Assembly: GCA_023334545.1 (NCBI GenBank)
Contig: JAADVB010000031.1
Location: forward strand, 1 to 64,000
From: Salisapilia sapeloensis CBS 127946
Lineage: Eukaryota; Protista; Oomycota
Direction of reading: 5' to 3'
Length of the DNA stretch: 64,000 nucleotides
The notes beneath the pieces are model-generated. The model searched no databases, was not told the origin of the DNA, and saw only the letters and a program-made list of their open reading frames with translations. A program made the translations under genes and the position numbers. Shown in pieces: positions 1-12,742 of the stretch. Within the stretch, counting starts at the first letter, position 1. Every line of letters begins with the position of its first letter.

Positions 1-524
1 GATTACTCGTGGGATAACTTCAAACTGGTCGTCATGGCGCTCTCCTGTGTCGCTGCTGCCGTATCCCACTTCTACAAGCCGCAAGGCATGTCGGAAGACA
101 CGCTCGTCATCATCTGCGTCAGCATGTACGTATCTTTCCACCTCGTCAGCCATACACTCAACGCTAATCCATCCACAGCTTCTTTGCACTCCAAGGTGTA
201 CTACTCGCCTACTCTACTTTTATCGAACGAGACATCCTCCTCCGTCTTACGATCAAGAAAGAGGTACTCGATCTACTTTAGCCGTAAACCAAGACCGAAT
301 GACCTTATACTTTTACTCTGCAGAGTACTACGCTACACGTCTCCAGTAGCTTCCCGTACGGAGAAGAGAACTACAAGCTCGGCGTCAACCCTCCAGGCAA
401 CAAGCACGAGACAGAGCTGTACGTCGGCCAATTTTTTGACAAGGAAGGGTACTTTGCCAGCGACAAGTTCAAGGACAGTCTCAAGGAGGTCGTATCGAGA
501 GCGACGAAAAAGAAGACACAGTAG
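1..524 (+). CDS. SPCS2: Signal peptidase complex subunit 2 (SPC25 family), 5'-truncated by window edge, 2 introns
   Basis: Spliced reading (introns ~126-178 and ~264-323) gives DYSWDNFKLVVMALSCVAAAVSHFY...LYVGQFFDKEGYFASDKFKDSL...KKKTQ*. This has the two-TM SPC25 pattern and the C-terminal YVGxFFDxEG motif. Confidence 0.8.
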
Positions 525-568
525 CGAAAGCTGAATTCAACGTCCATTTCAAAAAACCTACGTGCTCT

Positions 569-1405
569 TCACACACCATCGGCGTTTGGGTTCTTGTACG
601 ATACCATCGTATCCACTTTATGAATCTACTCCATGTTACTATCTCGCAATATACGTGGCAAAAAGATAGAATACCTTGGTGTCAAAGGACCGAAGACGGA
701 CTTCTGATGAGTCCTGGATGATACGAGGCTCCGAGTGCTCCCACAGAGACGGAGCGTCCGTATCGGACGTTGTGTACACCTGCAAGTCGAATGTCGCGTC
801 CTCCTGGAGCAACGGCAGGAACGTTACGGCAGATGTAATTTGTCGAATGATGGCCTGTATTTCGGCCATAATGTCCTTGGTAGCTTTCCCTTGCTCTCTA
901 CACAACACCACACTCCTGTAAGCAGTCTTGGAGGAAACTAGAGCATGTAAAAGGACATACGGGTCTGCTGGTGGCGTCTCGGTATGGACGTCGAACGCCC
1001 ATCGCTCCAACACTTCCTTTGACTCGATACCTGTGATGACCACGACCATCTTCTCTACCTCTCCCTTCTCCAACCACACTAGACACTCCTGTCAACATTC
1101 AACCTCATCAAGTACATCCACTAGCTACATACTCTGTGTCTGCTCCATAAACTGCTTTAGAAAGCTCTCGAGCTTATGATCGTCCGTCACGAGCATATTG
1201 AGTCCATACTTGGTCACCATCTTGAAGCTTTCCGGTGGACAGATCGCTCGCTGGTACAAAATGCTACACGATTGTCATCCATGCATCGGACTATCACTCG
1301 TGGAAAACCATACCTGTTGATCGCATACGAAAAGAACTCGGCCACGATCGTAGCCGAGCCTTTCAGCGTAATAACCTTGTCGGAAGATACTGCCTGTGTC
1401 TGCAT
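569..1405 (-). CDS. MAD2: Spindle checkpoint HORMA protein MAD2 (spliced)
   Basis: ORF fragments contain ITLKGSATIVAEFFSYAIN, KMVVVITGIESKEVLERWAFDV and IQAIIRQITSAVTFLPLL...EVRLRSFDT, all hallmark MAD2 segments. Confidence 0.93.
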
Positions 1406-1597
1406 CGTGCCGAACTGCGTTCCACACTCACCAACAGCAGGACAAGCTGCATGCAGGTGGGCAGGACGAGGTGTACCTTTAACAATATGTTATAACAGAC
1501 TAAACGTTGAAGTTACTAAAGGTTCAGAAGTACTGTACGAAATATGTTGTAAAGGACGCTTCCGTTGAAGTTACCATTAGCTCTTTCGCGCGCAAAG

Positions 1598-4500
1598 ATG
1601 CAAGTGGCCGAGGTCCTGTCTGTGTGTCTTTGGAGCTTAGTAGAAACTTATAAGTAGACTAGATAGGAGAAAATGAGATACAAGAGTGTGACTTGGATAC
1701 GGACGAAGCGCTGACTTATCTCTCGCTCTTTGTCGAGAGAAACGAGGTCGGTGCCGCGTGCTTCAACGCACTCGATGCGTCGCTCAAGATGATGCAGAGC
1801 GGAGCAGCTGATGATAGAGACTTGCAAGATGTTGCCTTTCGTGTGTGAAAGTGATGAATCGTGTCTGAGATGTGCATGCGCAAGTAGGTAGTTGCGAGAC
1901 TGTATACGCAGATGGAAGCACATACTGTGCTGGTTTCGTCACGAAATGCAAACGCGGCCGGACTCTTGACGCTATTGAAGAGGCTGGATCGTGACCTTGA
2001 GCGTCAAACGGAAATCATCATGCGCAAGGTGGAACATGTTGATAGTGTACGTGTGACATTCTCTCACTTCAATATGATGCATGCAGCATTCAGGTGACTG
2101 CGTATCAGTGTCTTCTCTTTAGATGATATGAATGACAATTATATGAATACGCTATCGCCAGACTTTGGCTATGTAAAAGCTTGTAGAACCATAGAGCAAG
2201 TCCGAGTCGGATCTACAGACTCCGAGCAAGCCATGCCGACGAGCAACATACCGAGGTAGTATACTTAATTTAGTGTTATAGTCATAGTAATCGGACATTA
2301 AACGCATCGCACAGGAAAGATATGAATCGCTATATTACGAGCTACTTTGATTTTGATCGGCCTCAACTCATCCGAGCAACGGGCGGTATGACTTCTACTA
2401 CCTAGCAGCGAAGTTACATAGCTTATCACTTGCCTTTGAAACCAAATTCGATCTGCTGCTCCTACATTGGACAACACCAGCTCTGCTCAGCTTTGTCATG
2501 AAAGAAAAGGTATGGTCATCCTAGTATCTACCAACTACCCTGCTGTCATGAATTCAAATGTGTGTGATACGGCAGATTGGCAACCAACTCGAGGATGTGT
2601 CCCATCTCTACTTGTCCTCAGCCGAGAATATTACCCTTGAAGGCTCCATGTTCATTGACCCTGGGACGTACCAAGCACTCCAGATCTTCAACAAAGTTCG
2701 TTTCCTTTCCTTTTGACTACCATCGCAAGCAGGCCATACCGTACTATATAACGTGCACCTTTTTAATCTGTAGGAATGTCATCCATCACAAGTCAAAGTA
2801 CCTTTTCAAGCAGCATTGTACCATACAAACTGTTATTCAAGTTTATATCATAGGGCCATGGTCGAGGAAAAGAAGGATTGAGGTACATGATCATAATCTT
2901 TAGAAGCATATATCCCAACTCTAAAACATACACAGTCTCCTAGGTCTTTTGGATCAGACCATCACCAAGTCAGGAGCTGCGATGCTTCGAAGATGGATGC
3001 TGAGTCCACTTGTGGAAATCGAAGACATCGAAAGACGGTTATCTTTCGTACAGTTCTTCTACTCGCCACAAAATGACGAGATGCTATCTCTTTTCGTACG
3101 TATTCATCTAATAAATGCTGCATGATATGTTACTTTAGCTGAAAAACTTGCACATAGACCACTTGCCTCAAGCAATTCAAGAATGCAGCGGAAGGTTTCT
3201 TCCGCATCCAAAGAAGAAGCTACTCTGTTTACGACTGGTGCCACTTCCATGACGCTATCGCCGGATACGTCACTGCACAGTACAAACGCACGCTCTGCTC
3301 CACTTCCTTTCCATAGCCAACTTTTCTCTTGGTCCAGATCACAAATTGAAGACCTCTACGATGGTCGTCGATACCACGGTCCAGTCGACTCGATCCTTTT
3401 CCAAGAAATGCTGCAGAATCGAAGCATCATGCAGGTCGCAAACCTCCTGGATAACATGATCGACTTTGAACAAAGCCAGCAAGAAGGCAGTGTCGTCATC
3501 CGCGCAGGCGTCTCAGATGTGTTGGACCAAGCTCGCATGCGGTATCAAGACCTGAATCATGTAGCGGCATCACTATCTACTATCCAGACTACATGAATGC
3601 GTAACTAGACTGTCACGGTAGGTTCTAACAGAAGTGGCGTACCAAATCCAGGAAGCCAACCCTCGACTTCCATCACTTGTCGTTCAGTACATTCCGCAGA
3701 TAGGATACGTCCTCTCGTGCGACTCTCAAATCTCCATGTCCGGATTCGAATACCAATTCCAAGAAAACGAGTCCACATTCTACTACAAAGTATATCCTTC
3801 ATTCCAACCGGACCAGGGTAGATGGTAACGATATCATGCGCGATGTGTAGGAGGAATGTTGTCATGACTTGGACGAAAGCATTGGAGACATCTTTGGTAC
3901 TCGATCTCGTACCTCGGTATCGATACATGTACTTGCTCATCCTTTTTTGAACTACAGGATTCATCATGGACGCTCAACGCGGTTCGTACAATCTAACCAT
4001 CCATCATAACCTCACAAAGTCTCACTGGTTACATGCAATACGACAGAACTGCAAGAGGAGATTATCATGGCGATTCTAAAGCACGAGGAAGCCATTTACA
4101 GTAACCTCTTACGCTCTTCTTATCCTCACACAAACTCCAACTCCCACTTCACTATCCAAGGAATGATCAAACTCATGTCCAAAATGGACTGCTACATGGC
4201 TTTAGCAAAGTGCGCCAAGAACTACAACTTTACAAGGTTCCTCTTTCTACACCACTCTCTGCATATCCCCAATCCCATCTATCATCCATCTCTAGACCCA
4301 AATTAACTCCAGACAATGCTCTCCGCATCCAAAACGGACGCCATCCGCTACAAGAACTACTCGTAGATCAGTACATGGCCAACGACATCGTGCTAAGCGC
4401 CACTAGCACCGACTCGCTACTAAAGCTCGTCACGGGTCCGAACGGATCCGGCAAATCCGTCTACCTAAAGACCATCGGCGTGCTCCAATACCTCACTCAA

Positions 4501-5582
4501 ATCGGTAGCTTCGTCCCTGCTGAACATGGTACGACACCATCCACCACATCCTTATGCATCTACTCAACATGTCGATTGACGTGCTGGTCGTAGCTGAAGT
4601 GGGTGTAGTAAAAAAGATCTTTTCTCGCATCCAAAGCCTAGAAACGAGTACCATCAACCAAAGTTCCTTTACCATCGACTGCGGACAAGTCCTCAGACAA
4701 TCCACTGGCATTGTCATCTCCTTTATTCATCGTACTCTAGATCGCCTGGATGATCAACAACTGCACCGACAGAGCTCTCCTACTCATCGATGAGTTCGGC
4801 AAAGGTCTTACACCCATCAACCTTCATACCCATTACCCTCTTCCTTCCTAACTCGTACAAGGCACGGCTGAGCTAGACGGCATCGCATTGCTGGTACCAA
4901 GGAAGAAACCTAGTACCCTCCTTGCATTCCTCTTATATTCCTGTTATCAGAGTGCTACCATCAACTACTTGGCACGAAAGACACTCGAGCCTTCTGGTCC
5001 AAGAGTCATCATTACCACTCATCTACTAGTAGAATTCAAAACCCATCCATCTCCATACCTTTCAGTAGAATCCTCATAGAACTACTAGGAAGTACTCCGA
5101 TATCATCTACTTCAAGACCCACACACCTCTCTAGAACACAATCAAGAGGATTCATCTAGAAGCTTTCAAGACAAAGTCTGTCTGACGATGGAAACCCTCT
5201 GTACGTCGACAGAGGACTCTGCCATTAGTCAAACGACTCCACTCTACCAAATCAAAAGAGGAAACTCTATCCGAAGTCATGCTTTCGCCTGTGCACTTGG
5301 ATGTGGTACATTGACATGACTAGACAAACGCTTGGAAACATACCTTGATACATTTGCTCATCGTTTCCAGGGATCGCTAAGCATGTCATTGCGAGAGCGA
5401 AAGAACGAGAGAAGGCGTTGCTTCATGGAAGTAGCGTTCAACCACTAGCAGAGCTACGATCCAAAGGATCTCTTATTGAAGAACAAGTCGCAGACTTCTT
5501 CTCGTCCATACGTGACTGGTCGAATGCTTCAGATGAACAAGTAAACAGATTCATCACACTTGCGAGGATGACGGATCCTTAG
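1598..5582 (+). CDS. MSH5: MutS homolog 5 (meiotic MutS-gamma subunit), highly intron-rich
   Basis: Exons encode GRHPLQEL, Walker A LVTGPNGSGKSVYLK, QIGSFVPAE, SSFTID and LLIDEFGKG. The N-terminal EVGAACFN and absence of a mismatch-binding domain fit MSH5. Ends are approximate. Confidence 0.86.
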
Positions 5583-5701
5583 CCATAGTAGCTACCTAAG
5601 AGAACAAGTAACATCTTATCTACTTTTACTCGTTTTCATTTCTATATGAATCCGTTTCATCTTGAGCTACATCCTCAACACTACTTCCAGCATATACAAA
5701 G

Positions 5702-7891
5702 ATGACAGCAACGACATTGGAGCACTCAAATAGTACTCAAGGTATTAAACCTTCTCTAGAAGACACGACAATCGATGATGAGGACGATGAAGAAGAGAAT
5801 GAAGAGCCGGAGGAAATTGAGATCCGAATTGATCCATTAGCAGAAGCGGATGCGTCGATAGAAGACGCTGCATCTGGACTAAAGCTCATTCAAATGTGTC
5901 GAAGTGGAGACTTGTTGGCAGTTGAAGACCTAGTCAAGGCTGGGGCACCCGCAGGATTCATATCGAACAGCGACTGGACACCTGTTGCTGCCGCTGCCTT
6001 TGCTGGTCATCTTCCGATCGTCAACTTTCTCATGGAGATCGGTGCAGATAGCATGTACAAGAGTGCTGCAAGCCAGGATGAACTACAAGAGTCCACGAGC
6101 GACAAAAATGAGGAACATAGGCTCCACTTTACAAACAGCGGCATCAACACTCCTCTCCACTGGGCTTGCTACAAAGGTCATAGTAACATCGCTCTTGCAC
6201 TCTTGCATGCTGGATACAGCCCAGAGGATGTGGATCCAGTCGGCAATCGATGTCTTCATCTAGCAGTCTCGGGTGGTCACCTGAATATCGTCGAGCTCTT
6301 GCTTGCAAACTCCGTTGTAACGAATGAACGCAACAACTATGGAAACCTGCCTGTCGACCTGTCGACGGACCCTACGTGCACCAACATCCTGCTCAAGTTT
6401 GAGACCCAGACGCACTGTGAATGGTGTCTAGAGAGCTTCGGACCACTCAAACGTCCGAGTCTGTGTCAAAACTGCCGCAATATATTTTGTAATTCAACGC
6501 CATGCTCGATCACTGCTCAGGAGGCAACAACCAGTGGCTCTAGGTCATTCAGCTCACGTGGTGATGAAACGGGGAATACTCAACCTGTGGAAGGTAGGGT
6601 GAGGCGGTACTGTCAAGAATGTGCTGACGAAACAAACAAGGCAGAGCAAAACTTATCGTTCCAAGTTCATTCGAGACTCGCACTTATTCAGAACTCCATG
6701 GCAAAATTGCCATGGTACAGAGAAGAGGATGCGGTCCTACAAAAGACAATCATAGAGGCTCCATCGACCGCCACACTGCACGTTGAGGAGGAAAAGGTAG
6801 AGCCGTCTAACGAGATTACCACTGGAAGTGAAGAAGTAGAGGCTGATGCTACTACGAAAGATCAGTCGGATGAGCCGTCCAACGGTGGTGAAGAAGCAGA
6901 GCAACCACAAGCAGATGTCGACAACGACGGCGATGCTGCAAAGCCTACAGCAGTAGGTGATCAGGAGCAAAGTACAGTCGAAGAAATGGAACCAGGCGCT
7001 GACATCAAGACGAAGGACGATCCACATAACCAAGTGCTTTCCTCCGATCAAGTCCTAGAGGCCTTGACGCTGAAGCATGCGGATGCCGAGTCCTTGTTCA
7101 CTGCCATGGAAGCAGCTCAGAACAAAGCAGTTGGCCATTCAGTGGTCAATCAAGCAAAAGAAGTGTACCAACTACTCCTCTCACAGATAGCTCTAGAGGA
7201 AGAGATCAAGTCCTTGATGGCTGTTCGACCGATCGGCATTCGGTCGCAAGTAGCTCCGCTCATGAAAGCCCTCCGTCGCGCTAAGCAAGAGCGAGTGAAC
7301 CCAGCAACTCTCAAGCTCGCAGCTCAAGTAGTCAAGAGCGCAGAAGCAGAGTGCGCTCTCTTTGGTTCCTACGAGCAATGCGCCAAGATCGAAACCGGAT
7401 CAAAGCACCATCTCTCCACCCTCGACCGTTTGGACGCAGCTGTCAAGGTAGCTCTCAAGGCAGGCTGCACAGTTAGTCTCGCAGACAAGGCGACGGCGCT
7501 ACTGCACAAGCTAAAGGCTGAAGTGGCGCTTGAGGCGAGCTTACTCCCATTCACGGAAAGCTCATCCGGATCCTCGACCATTTACAGGTTCGAAGACGGC
7601 ACGGAAGCTCTGAGTCTGCTTGCAGCGTTGGAGACTCGAGCCGACAAGCTCACGTCTGCAATCGTACGCTTCCATCTATCTCTTCTGTAGACTCACCTAA
7701 CGGATATGGAAACCTAGGAAGCCGGTAGCCAGTTGGAAGGTGTATCGGCCGAGATGCTGGAGGAAGGTGCGAATATCCTCAAGCAGCTAAAGAAAGAGAT
7801 TCGGGAGGAGACGAAGAATGAGGAAGAGCGTCGACGACTGGAGGAGGAAGCGGCGTTGAAGGCTGCTCGGAAAGGCAAGAAGAAAAAGTAG
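5702..7891 (+). CDS. Ankyrin-repeat protein with FYVE-like Cys-rich zinc finger and acidic/coiled-coil C-terminus
   Basis: 662-aa ORF with ankyrin repeats (TPVAAAAFAGHLPIVNFL, TPLHWACYKGH, CLHLAVSGGHLNIVELLL) and CEWC...CQNC...CNSTPC...YCQEC. A final exon after an intron ends ...GKKKK*. Confidence 0.75.
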
Positions 7892-7989
7892 AGCTATAAA
7901 AATAATGACGAAAGAAAAATGCATTTGCAAGCACCGCGATTCTCGAGTGTATTCCGGAAATACCCAAAGGCTGTCCACTTAGACTAGAC

Positions 7990-8474
7990 TTAGACAATGG
8001 AACCAGCGTTGGAAGCAATACGCGGCCAGAGGTCAGCGCACTCCTTACCGACAGGGCCGGTGATGGCAGATCCCTTCATCTCACCCTTGGGGTTGACGAT
8101 GACACCGGCGTTGTCCTCAAAGTAGAGGTAGACACCGTCCTTTCGGCGGAAGGCCTTGCGCTGGCGGATGACGACGGCCGGCATGACCTTCTTACGGAGG
8201 TCCGGCTTACCCTTCTTCACCGAAGCGAGCACCATGTCACCGATAGCGGCGGCCGGGAGACGGTTCAATCGGCCCTTGATGCCGCACACGGCGATGATGT
8301 ACAGGTTCTTGGCGCCCGAGTTGTCGGCGCAGTTCATGACGGCGCCCGTCGGGAGACCGAGGGTGATACGGTACTTGTTACCAGAGTTTCCTCCACGTCC
8401 TATAGGGAATCCGTGTAAATATATCTACCAAGTGCACATCTACATAGACGAATAAACGTACCGCGCTTGCTCAT
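7990..8474 (-). CDS. RPL23: 60S ribosomal protein L23 (uL14)
   Basis: Near-canonical sequence [15 protein letters not shown]...[11 protein letters not shown]...[24 protein letters not shown]. Short first exon MSKR at 8474. Confidence 0.97.
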
Positions 8475-8551
8475 TGTTGCTAGTGTCGAGAATCAAACTT
8501 GAGCTCGTCGACCCGAGGGCGAGAGCAGTGAGAGCCAACCACGATTTTCCA

Positions 8552-8557
8552 CCAATC
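8552..8557. promoter_or_regulatory. Candidate CCAAT box in the RPL23 / zinc-finger gene divergent promoter
   Basis: CCAATC lies in the 168-bp spacer between divergent starts. The same hexamer (or GATTGG) lies 50-90 bp upstream of several other genes here. CCAAT is a described oomycete core-promoter element. A 6-mer can occur by chance. Confidence 0.4.
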
Positions 8558-8642
8558 GTAAGTCTGTAAATTCAATTACAGCGAATCAGAAGACGAGAGA
8601 GGGAGTACCGTGAATTGACAACAAAAGCTGGACACGAAAAAC

Positions 8643-9885
8643 ATGACGGACTATTGGAAGTCGAATGAACGACACTACTGCCAGTACTGCAACCAGTGGA
8701 CACAGGGAGATAAGTTGGTGCGTCTCATAGACCTCATAGATATATATGAAGAAGCTAAAGGGACTAAGGTGGATGTATAGAGCATTCGAAGGCATGAACA
8801 AGGCAATAAGCACAAGGGTGCTGTCCAGACCACACTGAAGAAAAAGCGAGACGCCAAGACAGCGACGGAAAAGGAGCAGCAGAACCTCCAGAAGCAGCTA
8901 AAGCAGATAGAACAGGTCTATTATAAAATAAACGTCTGTATAGGAGAGATAGATAACCTGAAGCGTATTCTCAGGCAGCACAAGCCAAGTTCGCACAAGA
9001 CGTCTCTGCTTCTGGTCAGCCTCCTCCACCTCCACCGCCTAGTAGACGCCCGCCACCTCCCCCACGCCAAAATAGCCAGCCTTCCCATTCCTACCACCAA
9101 GAGCTCGAAGAAGATGGTCCTCCAGCTGAAGATGACAGTGGCGTGTACATGGTCCGAGGCCGCGTCTACCTCGATGGGAAACTTCATGCCGTACGCCTCC
9201 TCCTTCTTTCTCCTCTACCTCGTCTAAAGTCTATCTCTAGGACAAACTAGGCACAGGCGCTGCGTGTCAGATATGGGTGGAGAACGGTCAGGTGGACGAC
9301 TGGATCGACGCACTGATCGACCAGAAGATCGTTCGGGAGGTCCCGAACACAGACATTTCGCTCAACCGCTTCACCATCACCTACATGCTCCCTGGTGACA
9401 CCACACCTACGACGGAGAGAGAAGTCTCGCCCGACCGACTGCGACTGCCCATGCCTCCAGACGTGACGCTGGAACAGGCAGAACACATGGCAGTCCATGG
9501 CTTTCCTGCTCCAGACGAACCTCCGCCGGTGGACGTCGATGAGACCACTGGCATGGGCGAATGGAGCACCGTGAGCGTACAAGAGATCGACGAGAGTGAC
9601 GAGGCAGTCGCCAAGCGAGAGGCGGAGGAAAAGGCCAAGCAAGAGGCAGAAGAGGAGGAACGGAAGCGACAGGATCAAGCGGACGCACAGCTCGATCAGC
9701 AGACAGACGACGCCTTCGGAGCGTACAATCCGTTTGGAGGGACGTACAAGGGTGTGGACATCGAGAGCAGTCATCAGAGACGAGAAGAGCTGCGAGGGTT
9801 TAACACGTCTGGTACTGTTGGATTTAAGAAACGCAAGAAGGAAGCAACTAGTAAGAAATCCAAGAGAGTACGTAGAGAGGAATAA
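8643..9885 (+). CDS. U1C/matrin-type zinc-finger spliceosomal protein (WBP4/FBP21- or ZOP1-like), spliced
   Basis: N-terminus MTDYWKSNERHYCQYCNQWTQGDKL-SIRRHEQGNKHKG is a C2H2 U1-type finger. C-terminus has the basic FKKRK motif. No clear WW domain seen. Confidence 0.7.
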
Positions 9886-9946
9886 CAAAAGCTAAAGCAT
9901 TTTTTCTTCCGAACAAAGTCTACCTCCATGTTACGACGGACGATGC

Positions 9947-10825
9947 TTAGAGCTTGCCTCCCTCCTTCTTCACTCGCTCAGCCTATATGCATGTTCATTA
10001 GATCCGGGAATAAAGTAGTTTTAACAAGTAGCTTACGTCGAGGTAGACCGTGCCAAAAGGCAGGAACTCGTCGCTGTGGGTAGATGCGACGGCCGTGTAG
10101 TCCTTGGCCTGCTTGGTGATGTCCTTGATTTCATCATCCGATAGATCACGCACGTACTTAGCAGGGTTGCCGGCCCAGAGCTGGCCGGACGGGATGCGGC
10201 GGCCAGGCGGCACGACCGTTCCGGCCGCCAGCATCGTGTTGGACTCGACCAGAGCTCCGTCCAGGATGATGGAGCCCATGCCGATGAGCGAGTTGTTCTC
10301 GATCGTGCAAGAGTACAAGGTGCAGCCGTGTCCGATCGTCACGTCGTTCCCGATCGACGTACCGGGGGCAAGACCCGGCTTGCTCTCGCTCGACGTGTGG
10401 ATGACCGTCCGGTCCTGTACGTTGGTCCGGTTACCAATGCGCACTTGGTTCAAGTCGCCTATTTTCTCATGATCAGAAAAGGATCGAGACGAGATACGGA
10501 TAAGAAAGCTACCTCGAATGACCGAGTTATAAAAGACCGAGGCGTCGTTACAGATCTCAACGTCCCCAACGATCGTGGCGTTCGGAGCGACCCAGACGTC
10601 GTGCGCGATCGCAGGACGCTTGTCGTACAAGTTCATGACCTGACGGTGGCGGGAGACTAGCATACAATACACAAGTCATTCGACATCCTCCATCCCTACT
10701 TTCGAATGCACTCTACATTGCTCCTTGAAGGCATTGTCGCCAAGGACGCGGAGTCCGAGACGGTCGAGCGCCTGGCCGGTCTCTCTGACAGCTCGGCCGA
10801 ATTCAAACGTCACACGGCGCATCAT
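9947..10825 (-). CDS. Gamma carbonic anhydrase-like subunit of mitochondrial complex I (hexapeptide repeat)
   Basis: MMRRVTFEFGRAVRETGQALDRLGLRVLG, SRHRQVMNLYDKRP, WVAPNATIVGDV, GDLNQVRIG, NVQDRTVIH, IGHGCTL and WAGNPAKYVRDL. Confidence 0.93.
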
Positions 10826-10995
10826 GGTATCTGGTCTTCCGGCGGTCTCCTACGGAATCAAATGTGGCCACAAACGCCTTGTCTACGGATACTTTCCGGA
10901 TATTGTGTCTCTTACAACATACGAGGACACCTCCGCGCTCGAGGTGTCCAAGTGTCCATCCTCCTTCCATCTACTTCCATCCGTTTCACTTGATC

Positions 10996-12706
10996 ATGGC
11001 CACACAAGATGATGGAGAAGACGACAACACTAGAAACCAAGCTGGGGTTACGCAGGAAAGAGCCTCGTACTTTGCCACTGGCGGACAGACGAATCGACAG
11101 CGACGGTCTCGCGTCCCGGTCGAATCATGGCCCGGGTATTATAATACTGCGAGAGAATTGAGTGACAATCGGTCCGTTGCACAGGCTCGACGGCAGCAGC
11201 AGCTAGAGCAGCAGGAGAAAGATGCAGAGAAACCGACGTGGGTGCCTAGGAAGAAACCTCGGACGAGTGTTTTGACACCCATGCACCAAGCTCCGTCCTT
11301 GCAAAAGCTTAGCTTGGATATGATCGCCACATACATCGATCAGATGCCGACGCTAGAGTACTTGGACCCAGCATCTCGTCATCGAGTCGCGTCCGTCGTC
11401 ATTGAGCAGCGACGGATGAAGTCCGAAGGTAGCATTCATCTTCATCTCCATCTCGATTTCGTCTCACTCTTGAATCTAGTCCTCCCGCTCTTCATCTTTC
11501 CAGGCGTATCAGAAATCGACATCCCAGACTGCTCCAACGTAGAGGAAGTAGCCATGCTAGATGCTTTGCAAAAGTGCCAGACAGACGACTTTTCACTCAC
11601 GACCTTGCGTCTCGGCATGTGCGGCCGATGCGTCAACGACCGAGTCATCTCCGAGCTAGGGTGCGTCTTCCTCTCATAAATTCCTCAACCCATCGACCTT
11701 ATGATTGTCTAGACAATCGCTAACGTCAGTGGAACTTCTGAGTCTACGTGGCTGCTACCGTCTCTCGGACGCTGGCATGGAAACCCTCGTCCGCCAGTGC
11801 GCTCCGTCCCTCCGTGTCTTTGAGATCTCGTGTGACCAGCGACTCACTCGCGCCTCTATCAATCATCTAGCTGAGCTTGAGCACTTGGAAGCACTGACAC
11901 TAGCGGAATGTCCACAGATGACTGATGAGTCGCTCCAGGCGCTGCTTAAGATGAACAAGCTACGGAAACTGACGCTGGATCAGATGGAGAACATTTCGGA
12001 CGCTTTCGTCGCAGACCTGGCGAGCCACCTGCCTCAGCTGGAAGAGCTGTCTCTCGCCCGATGCCCTCAGCTGACGGACAAGGCCGTCCGGAGCGTGCTG
12101 GAGCACTGCCAACAGCTCCGAGTGCTCGACGTCTCTGGCCTCCACTTGCTCACAGACGACAGCTTCGAACCTGTACGTCTCTCTTGGTTGTACTCGATCC
12201 CCGTTACTAAAGGAAGGTGGTAGATCCGACGGTTGGGACACTCACTACGACGTGTGTCGATACGAGGCTGTCTCGGCATGACAGATGCAGGGGTAGAGCA
12301 CTTGGCTGTGGGCGCACACAAGTTTCTCCAAGTGCTGGAAATGTCCAGTCTATCCGTACGCCTCTTGTTGATATCGTCTATTGCTGCTTCTAAGACAAGT
12401 GTAGATGGCGACGGATGCTAGCTTAAAGGCGCTCGAAGACCATTGTACTGAAGGACTGCATGCGCTGGACGTGTCCTTCTGTCGGAAGCTCTCGGAGGAT
12501 GGACTCGGACTCTTCATCGACAAGGCCAAAGCACTCACATCTCTCGTCTTATGGGGATGCACACAGGTACTTGTATTCTTTATCAACATATTCACGAGCG
12601 ACTTACATGGCTCTAGATCTCTGCGAGACTATTGACATGCCACGCCCAAGATGATTTAGTTCTCAGTGGACATCCATTGCTGACTGGACTAACTCTAAAG
12701 CATTAA
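10996..12706 (+). CDS. RAD7-like / RNI-type leucine-rich-repeat protein
   Basis: N-terminal WPGYYNTARE and APSLQKLSLDMIATYID (RAD7-like), followed by many LRRs of the LxLxxCxxLTD type. Confidence 0.7.
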
Positions 12707-12742
12707 CACGAACAACGTTTCCATTCATATTCCTTATGCCTC

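Noticed and set aside
10706-10993. Plus-strand ORFs or ncRNA between gamma-CA and the RAD7-like gene
   Set aside because: The segment is the first coding exon of gamma-CA on the minus strand plus a short divergent promoter.
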